IMG/VR virus record: IMGVR_UViG_3300042558_004148
Span: 1 to 64,000 of that record
Length of the DNA: 64,000 bases
Direction: 5' to 3' (one strand)
Each line of letters starts with the position of its first letter. Position 1 is the stretch's first letter. Positions 8,737 to 17,248 of this stretch are shown here, one piece after another. The notes under the pieces are model-generated. The model ran no database searches and was not told the DNA's origin. It was given only the letters and a program-made list of their open reading frames with translations. The position numbers and the translations under genes were made by a program.

Positions 8737-9669
8737 ATGAAGAAACTCTGTATAGATATAAGCGAGGCTAGAGCTATTGGCGATACATTATGTGTATCGC
8801 CAGTTTTGCGTAAACTATATTACTCATATGGTAGAAAAATATCTATAATAACTCATCATACAGATATATTTAGAAATAATCCATATGTTGATTCTCTATA
8901 TCTTCCTGGTGATCTTGATTTGGATGATGATTTCGAAATATTTAGAACTTTCGATGTAAACTATAAATCCGATGGCATATGCAATAAGCATAATACTATT
9001 GACATTAGGCAGTTCCATGCAATTAGCCTTGGATTCATGTTAAATCAGGAGGAACTTACTTTGGATTTTTTCCCTTCTGATTTTGAAGAAATACAGGGAC
9101 TTCCCGATAGATACGTTCTTATACATCCCGTACAAAACTGGGAATCCAGAACATGGGATAGAGAAAAATGGATTCTATTAGTCAGAGCTTTGAATGCGGG
9201 CGGAATAAGTGTGGTTTCTGTCGGAAAGGAGTCATCCGAAATGGGTGGATCCAATGTTCAAAAGCCAACCTTTAATTTTGATATTGAATTGGGTATGAAT
9301 TTACAGAACAAAACATCATTATCTCAGACGTGGTGGCTGATTGAAAAAAGTGAATGCTTCGTTACTATGGATTCTGGTCTTCTACATTTAGCAGGTACTA
9401 CCGATTCTGAAATAATTCAATTAGGCAGTTCAATAGATAATAAGTTTAGAGCACCATATAGAAAGGGATCTCAGGAATATAAATACCATTATGTTTCTGG
9501 TGGATGTAATTTGAAATGTGCGTCTGATATAAAATATGGTGTAAGAGAATGGAACACGATACAGGGAATACCTTCGTTGGTCGGATGTCTGGAGGGAAAG
9601 AAAACTTTCGAATGCCATCCAAGCGTAATGAGTGTTTATAATAAAATAATGTCCACTGTTAATAAATAA
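8737..9669 (+). CDS. GT9-family glycosyltransferase with C-terminal Cys cluster
   Basis: AIGDTLCVSPVLRKL; FVTMDSGLLHLAG; C-x3-C...C-x8-C near the C-terminus. Confidence 0.8.
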   Translation: MKKLCIDISEARAIGDTLCVSPVLRKLYYSYGRKISIITHHTDIFRNNPYVDSLYLPGDLDLDDDFEIFRTFDVNYKSDGICNKHNTIDIRQFHAISLGFMLNQEELTLDFFPSDFEEIQGLPDRYVLIHPVQNWESRTWDREKWILLVRALNAGGISVVSVGKESSEMGGSNVQKPTFNFDIELGMNLQNKTSLSQTWWLIEKSECFVTMDSGLLHLAGTTDSEIIQLGSSIDNKFRAPYRKGSQEYKYHYVSGGCNLKCASDIKYGVREWNTIQGIPSLVGCLEGKKTFECHPSVMSVYNKIMSTVNK

Positions 9670-9677
9670 GTATCCGG

Positions 9678-10607
9678 ATGGGTAATAAAATAATATTGAT
9701 TAGTTCATATTGCGATAATGAGGAAAAGATTAGTGTATTAGAATCTAATATAAGAACACTAAAAAATCTCGGTCTGGATGTTATGCTTAATAGTCCTATT
9801 GATATACCAAATAGGGTCTCCTCATTATGCGATTATTATATAAGAACTAAAGATAATCCGATTATCGACTGGCCAATTAAATCGGTATCGGTTTGGTCTG
9901 AATATCGATGTAAAGGGAAGAAAATAATTATGAATAGATGTCTACCTGATTACGGATGGGCAAATATCCATCAGGTAAAAAAATTATCAGAATATGCATT
10001 AACGTATGATTATGAATATTTCTACCATATAATATATGATATAAAAATTGACGATACCGTTTTGAGTGGTATACTATCCGATGCGGAATGTAATTTCTAT
10101 CATTTCCATGAGCATTGGGTAAGTCTACATTTTATGCTATTTGATAGGAAAAACTTAGTATCATTTATATCTGGATTAAATATAAATGAATATATTGAAT
10201 TTTGTGGAATTGCTGAAACCTGGCTAAAAAACTACCTGGAGAATTCAGATTTGCCGTATAAAGTGGATGATTGTTATGTTGATGACCATATACTTTTTCA
10301 TAATGGAGTAGATCTTTTTAATTATTCGGGATTTTCTGAATTTAGGTATTTCATAGCTAAAAATGCTATGGAAAATAATTCTATTAAAATTTATTTCTAT
10401 GGTGTTAAAAATCATATTGATTTAAAAATCCACCTTAATTCAACCACAAAAATATACGAAATAGCTGATAGAGATATAATAGATCTTGAATTATCTCGCG
10501 ATGACATGATATCTGTCATAATTGAATATAACGGATTAACCGAAGATATAACTGAAAAAATAAGATCCATAACACACAATAATATTAATTTATATGAAGA
10601 GAATTAA
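9678..10607 (+). CDS. Hypothetical protein in the glycosylation cluster
   Basis: 309-aa ORF overlapping the next gene; no confident family. Confidence 0.6.
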   Translation: MGNKIILISSYCDNEEKISVLESNIRTLKNLGLDVMLNSPIDIPNRVSSLCDYYIRTKDNPIIDWPIKSVSVWSEYRCKGKKIIMNRCLPDYGWANIHQVKKLSEYALTYDYEYFYHIIYDIKIDDTVLSGILSDAECNFYHFHEHWVSLHFMLFDRKNLVSFISGLNINEYIEFCGIAETWLKNYLENSDLPYKVDDCYVDDHILFHNGVDLFNYSGFSEFRYFIAKNAMENNSIKIYFYGVKNHIDLKIHLNSTTKIYEIADRDIIDLELSRDDMISVIIEYNGLTEDITEKIRSITHNNINLYEEN

Positions 10608-13473
10608 ACTATTATATTTAACCCCACATCTATCAACCGGTGGAATGCCTCAGTTCGCACTGAAGAGAATACAGAAACTTAATGAATATAGTGATGAGAT
10701 AGAAATCTTTGTTGTCGAGTACTCCAAATTTAGTGATACCTATGTTGTCCAAAGAAATTCAATACTTGAAATGATTGACAGTGATCATTTCTTTACACTG
10801 GGGGATACATCCGATACTAGAAGAAAATATGAGATAATTCAGATAATTAAGGATAATGATATAGATTTAGTTCATTCAGAGGAAATATTAGAGGGATTTG
10901 AAAGTTTTAATAAGATCCCTGCTGATTTAATTAACATGTTATATTCCGATGATAGAAGCTGGAGAATGATTGAAACCTGTCATAATATTTGGTTTGATCC
11001 GAAAGAATTTAAAAAATTAAAACCTGATGCATATTCATTAATTTCACCACATCATACGGAAAAAACATTCGCATCTGAGTCCTCATATAAGGAGCTTCAT
11101 CTATATCCATATGAGAATAAAACAGATATAAGAATAAAAAATAGGAAGAATTCTATCAAAAAACTGGGATTTGATAGAAATAAGAAAAACGTTCTCAATG
11201 TTGGATTATGGACTAGTGGAAAGAATCAGGGAGAGGGAATAGAAATTGCTAGATTCATAGAATCATCTAGTCCTGATGTATTTTTTCATTTTGTAGGTAA
11301 TTTAGCTCCAAATTTCGAAAATTACTGGGGAGATATAACAAAGAATCTACCAAGCAATGTTAAGATATGGGGGGAGCGTGACGATGTTGATGAATTCATG
11401 ATAGCATGTGACGCCATGATGTTTAATTCTACCTGGGAATGCAATCCTTTAGTTATAAGAGAAGCCATAGGATATGGCATGAAGATATTAGCCAGAAATC
11501 TACCGCAATATTATAACATGTATGATGGATACATCACTCCGATAGAGGGTGATATAAAAGAAATATCGGGACGACTTATTGATATGCTTGAATCTGATAT
11601 TGAATATCAGGTACCTGATGATTCTAATTTTGGTAGGACATTATTGGATTTCTATAGGAAGGTAATGGAGATAGAAATAACACCACAGCCTAAAATAGAA
11701 AATGACTACGAGTTTATACAACATTTTGTTGGTCAGCCCTATTTCGAATTAAGAGGCAGTAGTAGTAATAAATTTAAGGTGGAATTCTCTGATGGTGGAA
11801 AAATTATACATTCGGATCTCCTAAATTTTAATAGCTGGTCGAAATTAAACAGAAAATATTATACCAAATGGGACACAACGGTATATGAAAATGGTGAAAT
11901 AATATATAAGAATTCATTAGATCTTAGGGACAGAAGAGTTTATATTGCATTTGGATCTAAATCTCTAGGTGATACTCTTGCGTGGATACCTTACATGGAG
12001 GAATTTAGAAAAATTCATAATTGCGAATTGATAGTTTCTACGTTCATTAATCACTTATTCATTGAACAGTATCCCAATATTACTTTTGTCAATCCAGGGG
12101 AAACTGTAAATAATTTATATGCCCAATATAATATTGGATGGTATTATGACAGTAACGGAAATATTGATTATAATAAGGTTCCAAACGACTTTAGAAAACA
12201 ACCTTTACAGAAGACAGCCACTGATATACTCGGTCTCGAATATAAGGAAATAAAGCCTCGTTTAAATTTACCTAACGTGAAAAAAAAGAAAAAAGTTGGG
12301 ATAGGATTTCATTCAACTGCTCAGGCCAAATACTGGAACAATCCTAACGGATGGCAAGAGGTAATTGATCATCTTAATTCGATTGGTTATGAATGCATGA
12401 TATATTCCAGAGAGGGAGACGGATATATGAATAATGCATATCCAAAAAATGTTGATGTGTTTAAAGGCGGAAATCTACAGGATGTAATAAATGATCTGTG
12501 TGAGTGTGAATTTTTCATTGGCTTGGGCTCTGGATTAAGTTGGCTAGCTTGGTCATGTAAATTACCAATCATTTTGATTTCTGGATTTAGTGAAAGATTT
12601 TCTGAAACTTCATCCGACACATATAGAATTATTAACGAGGATGTTTGCCACGGATGCTTTAATTCGGAAATGCTAGATGCTGGAGATTGGAATTGGTGTC
12701 CATTACATAAAAATTCGGAGAGAATGTTTGAGTGTACAAAACAAATTAATTCTAATATGGTTACCAAGGAAATAGATAGATTAATTGGGGAAAATCACAT
12801 ACCAAATTTTGATTGGGGTTGGATGAACGATGGTAGTTCTAATGGTAATTATCACAAGAAACTTATGTATAATGAGATATTTGAGCAAAAAATATATGAG
12901 AGATTCTTTGAAGTTGATCATTCCGATATTGTATTGGATGTTGGTTCTAGCGTCGGCCCATTCACATATTCGATATTAAAGAAAAATCCTAAACATGTAT
13001 TTTGTATAGAACCTAGTGAGAGTGAATTTACTACACTAGTTAAAAATACATTAGGTAATCCGGTTACTCATATAAATAAGGGATTATCAGATATAAATGG
13101 AGTTATCGAATATGATCAATTATTTGGAGGAGAAACACATATGGAATCCATTACCTTTGATAAGCTCGTTAAATTATACGGTCTGAATAGGATAGATTTC
13201 ATGAAAACTGATTGTGAGGGCGGTGAATATGAGATTTTTAAGAAAGATAATCTTGACTTTATTAAAAAAAATATAAAGAAGATTGCCGGCGAATGGCATT
13301 TAATGAGTAAAGAAAATAAAGAAAAATTCAGGGATTTCCGGGATAATATATTAATAGAGTTCGATCGATATGAGGTATTATCATTAGATGGTATTGATAT
13401 AAAATGGGATCTATGGAACGAACATTTTATAGAGTATTATAATGAGGTCCTTATATACATAGATAATAGATAG
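10594..13473 (+). CDS. Three-domain enzyme: GT4 glycosyltransferase + Aah/TibC-type (BAHT) protein O-heptosyltransferase + FkbM-family methyltransferase
   Basis: GT4: PHLSTGGMPQ, GERDDV, ECNPLVIREA. BAHT: RVYIAFGSKSLGDTLAWIPY and the iron-finger VCHGCFN...WNWCPLHK...FECTKQI. FkbM: VLDVGSSVGPF, IDFMKTDCEGGEY. Confidence 0.8.
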   Translation: MKRIKLLYLTPHLSTGGMPQFALKRIQKLNEYSDEIEIFVVEYSKFSDTYVVQRNSILEMIDSDHFFTLGDTSDTRRKYEIIQIIKDNDIDLVHSEEILEGFESFNKIPADLINMLYSDDRSWRMIETCHNIWFDPKEFKKLKPDAYSLISPHHTEKTFASESSYKELHLYPYENKTDIRIKNRKNSIKKLGFDRNKKNVLNVGLWTSGKNQGEGIEIARFIESSSPDVFFHFVGNLAPNFENYWGDITKNLPSNVKIWGERDDVDEFMIACDAMMFNSTWECNPLVIREAIGYGMKILARNLPQYYNMYDGYITPIEGDIKEISGRLIDMLESDIEYQVPDDSNFGRTLLDFYRKVMEIEITPQPKIENDYEFIQHFVGQPYFELRGSSSNKFKVEFSDGGKIIHSDLLNFNSWSKLNRKYYTKWDTTVYENGEIIYKNSLDLRDRRVYIAFGSKSLGDTLAWIPYMEEFRKIHNCELIVSTFINHLFIEQYPNITFVNPGETVNNLYAQYNIGWYYDSNGNIDYNKVPNDFRKQPLQKTATDILGLEYKEIKPRLNLPNVKKKKKVGIGFHSTAQAKYWNNPNGWQEVIDHLNSIGYECMIYSREGDGYMNNAYPKNVDVFKGGNLQDVINDLCECEFFIGLGSGLSWLAWSCKLPIILISGFSERFSETSSDTYRIINEDVCHGCFNSEMLDAGDWNWCPLHKNSERMFECTKQINSNMVTKEIDRLIGENHIPNFDWGWMNDGSSNGNYHKKLMYNEIFEQKIYERFFEVDHSDIVLDVGSSVGPFTYSILKKNPKHVFCIEPSESEFTTLVKNTLGNPVTHINKGLSDINGVIEYDQLFGGETHMESITFDKLVKLYGLNRIDFMKTDCEGGEYEIFKKDNLDFIKKNIKKIAGEWHLMSKENKEKFRDFRDNILIEFDRYEVLSLDGIDIKWDLWNEHFIEYYNEVLIYIDNR

Positions 13474-13510
13474 TATTAAAAATATGATAAATAGAAAAAC
13501 TTTTTAATTT

Positions 13511-13882
13511 ATGCGAATAGACGTTTCTGTGGGAGAAATTGTTGATAAGTTATCAATATTAGAAATTAAGAAAAATAATATATCGGATAGGGATAAACTT
13601 GTTAATATAAACAGTGAGTTTGAATACCTCTATTCGATTGTATTTAACGATCTTTTGATTGATTACGAAGATTTTTCCGGACTTGTTTTAATCAACGAGG
13701 AATTATGGAAGATAGAGGATAGGATAAGAATAAAGGAAAGAAGAAAAATATTTGACTCGGAATTTATATCTTTGGCTAGATCAGTTTATATAACTAATGA
13801 CAAAAGGTCAGAAATTAAAAAGTATATAAATTTAAAATATGGTTCTATTTTTACCGAGGAAAAATCATACGAAAAATACTAA
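13511..13882 (+). CDS. DUF6165-like protein
   Basis: VSVGEIVDKLSILEIK...NEELWKIEDRIR...ARSVYITNDKR pattern, typically found in glycosyltransferase clusters. Confidence 0.7.
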   Translation: MRIDVSVGEIVDKLSILEIKKNNISDRDKLVNINSEFEYLYSIVFNDLLIDYEDFSGLVLINEELWKIEDRIRIKERRKIFDSEFISLARSVYITNDKRSEIKKYINLKYGSIFTEEKSYEKY

Positions 13883-13895
13883 GTATTAGAAATTG

Positions 13896-13932
13896 AGAAA
13901 ATGCTGGATCATAAGTCCAGCATTTTCTTTTT
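13896..13932 (+). terminator. Rho-independent terminator closing the modification operon
   Basis: 13-bp perfect stem AGAAAATGCTGGA/TCCAGCATTTTCT followed by a T tract. Confidence 0.8.
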
Positions 13933-13933
13933 A

Positions 13934-13941
13934 GATATATA
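13934..13941 (+). promoter_or_regulatory. Candidate late promoter GATATATA
   Basis: 17 nt upstream of the neck gene; motif recurs before structural genes. Confidence 0.6.
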
Positions 13942-13958
13942 CATAAATAATTAAAAAG

Positions 13959-16448
13959 ATGAGTTTCGTACCAGAAGATAAGTTTCCAAAGCCAACCACT
14001 CCTGTATACAATACCAGTGGTGAGCAATATAATCTATCGGATCAGAGATTTAATTATCATGATGGACTACAGAATACAGACAAAGTAAAAAGCTCATCAA
14101 CTGATAATATATTCTCTACCCCCGAGGGTGCAATGGCTAGATCACAGCAGATAGGCTGTGGTGGATATCATCAGGTAACAATAAACGGGGAAACCTTTTA
14201 CAAACCGTGCGAGGATTCATCTTACTATGATCTAAGAATAGAACAATTAGATAGTGCATTAAACTTCACCTATATAGGTAATTATAGGGTGTTATCATGG
14301 GATAAACCTTTCGAGAATGTTACTAAATTTAATGGATGGATAATAGATGCATCGAATAGTAATAACTCAGGATCTATATTAGATGCGAATGACATATCAA
14401 TAGATTTTAGATATAGTATAGATGGTAAAAGCTGGTCTTTATGGACAAACGTAGGTACTGCTTTAGGTGGACTAACTAATGAATTTTCCTCTCTCTTTGA
14501 TATAGCATTAGATCCCAATAACAAATTCTATCCCGAATTTAGATTTACCTCGGTTCTAATTAATGATGACGGGACTATAATCTATAATACCGAGGAACCC
14601 ATAGATCCTACTATAGTTATAGTTTCTTTTGAATTGGACCTAGATTATGGGCCAACCCCGGAGGTTGTTATTTATAAACCAGCACCAGTTTGCACAAATG
14701 AGGTTTCATCTAGGCCGGTTGTATTTTCAAACTGTAATTTTACTTTTAATCCATATGCTGTTAATCGTGCTCTAAATTTATATCAGGATCTTAGTTTAAT
14801 GGTTAATAATGTTTTTGGACTGGAAGCAAACTATTATTCAATACAACCGCAAGCCCGAGGGAAAGATGTTATACTTAGGGAATATACTTTATTCAATGTA
14901 GTTGACGAGAAATGTGTTAAGATAGTGGTTCCGCAAAATCAGTTTCCTGACAATAAAATGAACTTTGACCCATTCGGTCTTCAGTTTGAAGAACCTTTTG
15001 AAATACAGATTGACAAAAGATATTTCGAGAGTATATTTGGTAAGGGATCGCAACCAAGGAAGAGAGATATTCTTTATTTTCCTATTGCAAATAGAATATA
15101 TGAAATAAATTCTACATATCTTTTTAGAGATTTTATGAATTCCCCTGTTTACTTTAAGGTTGAGCTTAAAAAATACACACCTAAAAGTAATACGTATTTT
15201 CAGGACCCAGCTTATAAAGAGGAGCTGGAGGGAATATCTTTAACAACAAGCGATCTATTTGGAGCTGAAACTAGAGACGAGGAAACTAAAGCTACCAAAC
15301 CACAGCAATACGCAACCACAATAACACAATTGTCTCAAGATCCTATAAGATCATATATCTATAAGGAGCTTCAAACAATTGAATATGACCTAAATAATAA
15401 CTGGACCATAGTTGCTAATAATTATTATGATTTATCTGCATCATTTAATGATGATTCTGAATTCGGGTATGACCCGGACAGATATAGAAATGCAATTAGA
15501 TATAAATTCTTACCAAAATCCGATTCGTCCACAGAATTAGCATTTACTACATGGTTTAATATAAGAAATTACTATGACAATCAGCAATTATTAAGAAGAC
15601 CATATCCTGTAATAAACTTGACCCTAGAGAATTCTACCGATGATTTATTATACTTTAATTCATTCCCTAAAAGACATAGACTTGAGAGCTGGCAATCATA
15701 CGCATCAAATCCTAATGGATATGTAGCTATTAAAGGTGACAAACATCATTCGGGTGGATATCAGGTAGTCTCAGTTTTGGATGAATATAGATTCACTGTT
15801 GTTAATAACACCACAGTTTTTTCCGAAGGCACCATAATATGGAGAATGCAAAAAGCACAAAGTCGAAATTTGATTAGTGGTTTATATCAGGATATGGATG
15901 ATTCGATAAAAGGATTCAGAGTGGATATAGTTCATTCCGGAGTAATGGATGATACAGGTAACCAGTTTTTAGAGACTGGTAGTTTAGTGATAAGATTGAA
16001 TGATACAATAATAAACTCACCTCTCCAATTTACACCAGTTTACGGTGATTGGTATTCAATCGTTGTAAACTTCTCCAATGTTTATAAGCAGATTTCTGCA
16101 AATGTATGGGAAATGTCATATGATCCGGTAAATCCTAATGAGCAGACTAGTAAACTTAACAAGGTTCACGAGGTTGTAAGAATGTTTACCGATCCTATAT
16201 TATTCAATGCTCCATCTGTAATAAATAACGATACAGCTAGTCCGTTCTATGGTACCGATGATAATTCATATAAAATATTTACTGGTCCGATATTCTTAAC
16301 TAATATTAGATTATTTAAGAATATGATAGATATAGATACACAATCTACAGTTCTGAATCAGAATGTAGTTAGAGATGCACAATTAGCACATATAATAGAT
16401 AACGCAAAACCATTATTAAAAGCACCTAAGTTTGCTAGAAATAGATAA
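13959..16448 (+). CDS. Neck/head-closure protein (T4 gp14-like core) with long N- and C-terminal extensions
   Basis: Central DVILREY...PFGLQFEEPFEIQIDKRYF...RDILYFPIANRIYEI resembles gp14; lies directly upstream of the terminase genes. Confidence 0.6.
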   Translation: MSFVPEDKFPKPTTPVYNTSGEQYNLSDQRFNYHDGLQNTDKVKSSSTDNIFSTPEGAMARSQQIGCGGYHQVTINGETFYKPCEDSSYYDLRIEQLDSALNFTYIGNYRVLSWDKPFENVTKFNGWIIDASNSNNSGSILDANDISIDFRYSIDGKSWSLWTNVGTALGGLTNEFSSLFDIALDPNNKFYPEFRFTSVLINDDGTIIYNTEEPIDPTIVIVSFELDLDYGPTPEVVIYKPAPVCTNEVSSRPVVFSNCNFTFNPYAVNRALNLYQDLSLMVNNVFGLEANYYSIQPQARGKDVILREYTLFNVVDEKCVKIVVPQNQFPDNKMNFDPFGLQFEEPFEIQIDKRYFESIFGKGSQPRKRDILYFPIANRIYEINSTYLFRDFMNSPVYFKVELKKYTPKSNTYFQDPAYKEELEGISLTTSDLFGAETRDEETKATKPQQYATTITQLSQDPIRSYIYKELQTIEYDLNNNWTIVANNYYDLSASFNDDSEFGYDPDRYRNAIRYKFLPKSDSSTELAFTTWFNIRNYYDNQQLLRRPYPVINLTLENSTDDLLYFNSFPKRHRLESWQSYASNPNGYVAIKGDKHHSGGYQVVSVLDEYRFTVVNNTTVFSEGTIIWRMQKAQSRNLISGLYQDMDDSIKGFRVDIVHSGVMDDTGNQFLETGSLVIRLNDTIINSPLQFTPVYGDWYSIVVNFSNVYKQISANVWEMSYDPVNPNEQTSKLNKVHEVVRMFTDPILFNAPSVINNDTASPFYGTDDNSYKIFTGPIFLTNIRLFKNMIDIDTQSTVLNQNVVRDAQLAHIIDNAKPLLKAPKFARNR

Positions 16449-16451
16449 ATT

Positions 16452-17240
16452 ATGCCAAGAAGAAAACCAAAACCGGAAAAAGTTCTGGAAGAAAAAATTA
16501 AAGAAAGCTTAGATTCCATTATAATGGAGGAAGCATTGGATAATATAGCAGCTGATACTGAAGATCTGCCAAGATTAAAAAGTACGGAAGTTATGGATTT
16601 TGCAACAGAAAAATCCACTGCATTATCGGAGGCAAAGGCTCTTTTAGATTCAATATCCAATTTTTATTTAGATAATTTATCTAAGAACGATGCTACCCAT
16701 GTTGAGTTTAAAAAAAAGATGGACACCATGAATATATCAGCGATGATGTTTCAGCTAAAGTCATCTCAACATGCAATTACCAAATTACTAGAGGAAATAG
16801 ATCTTGGTAACATGCACCCTAGACTGTTCGAAGTTCTTGCACAATTACAATCCCAAATCATGCAGATGCCCAAGGATTACCAGGGATATCTCGAGAAGAT
16901 GGAACAAAATTACAAGAAAACTAGGATTGAGTCGGACGAAAAAAGACATTCTAGTGGTGTTGTGATGGACCAAGAATATACCTCGGATGGATCTTATGCT
17001 CCAGCTATGAATAATGGCGATGGTATTAGATCCAGAGGAACTAGAGGTATAATGGAGGGTTTAAGAGATATTATAAATAGCTCTGAGGTTGTTGATTTAA
17101 CTCCCGAGATAGTCGATCCTAATTCGGTGGTAAATGCTAGACAGAAAAAGATAATAGATATTAATAATCCTAGAAGTATACAGGAAGATTTAGATTCTGG
17201 TATGGAGGATTATTCAGTTGAGGACGATATATTAGAATAA
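16452..17240 (+). CDS. Putative terminase small subunit
   Basis: Helical 262-aa protein immediately before the large terminase; assignment mainly from synteny. Confidence 0.4.
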   Translation: MPRRKPKPEKVLEEKIKESLDSIIMEEALDNIAADTEDLPRLKSTEVMDFATEKSTALSEAKALLDSISNFYLDNLSKNDATHVEFKKKMDTMNISAMMFQLKSSQHAITKLLEEIDLGNMHPRLFEVLAQLQSQIMQMPKDYQGYLEKMEQNYKKTRIESDEKRHSSGVVMDQEYTSDGSYAPAMNNGDGIRSRGTRGIMEGLRDIINSSEVVDLTPEIVDPNSVVNARQKKIIDINNPRSIQEDLDSGMEDYSVEDDILE

Positions 17241-17248
17241 TTGGATCA

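Noticed and set aside
12282-16718. Other in-phase A_AAA_AAG heptamers (12282, 16712)
   Set aside because: They are mid-domain and their -1 frames close within about 20-30 codons. They show the heptamer arises by chance, so only sites with supporting context were reported.
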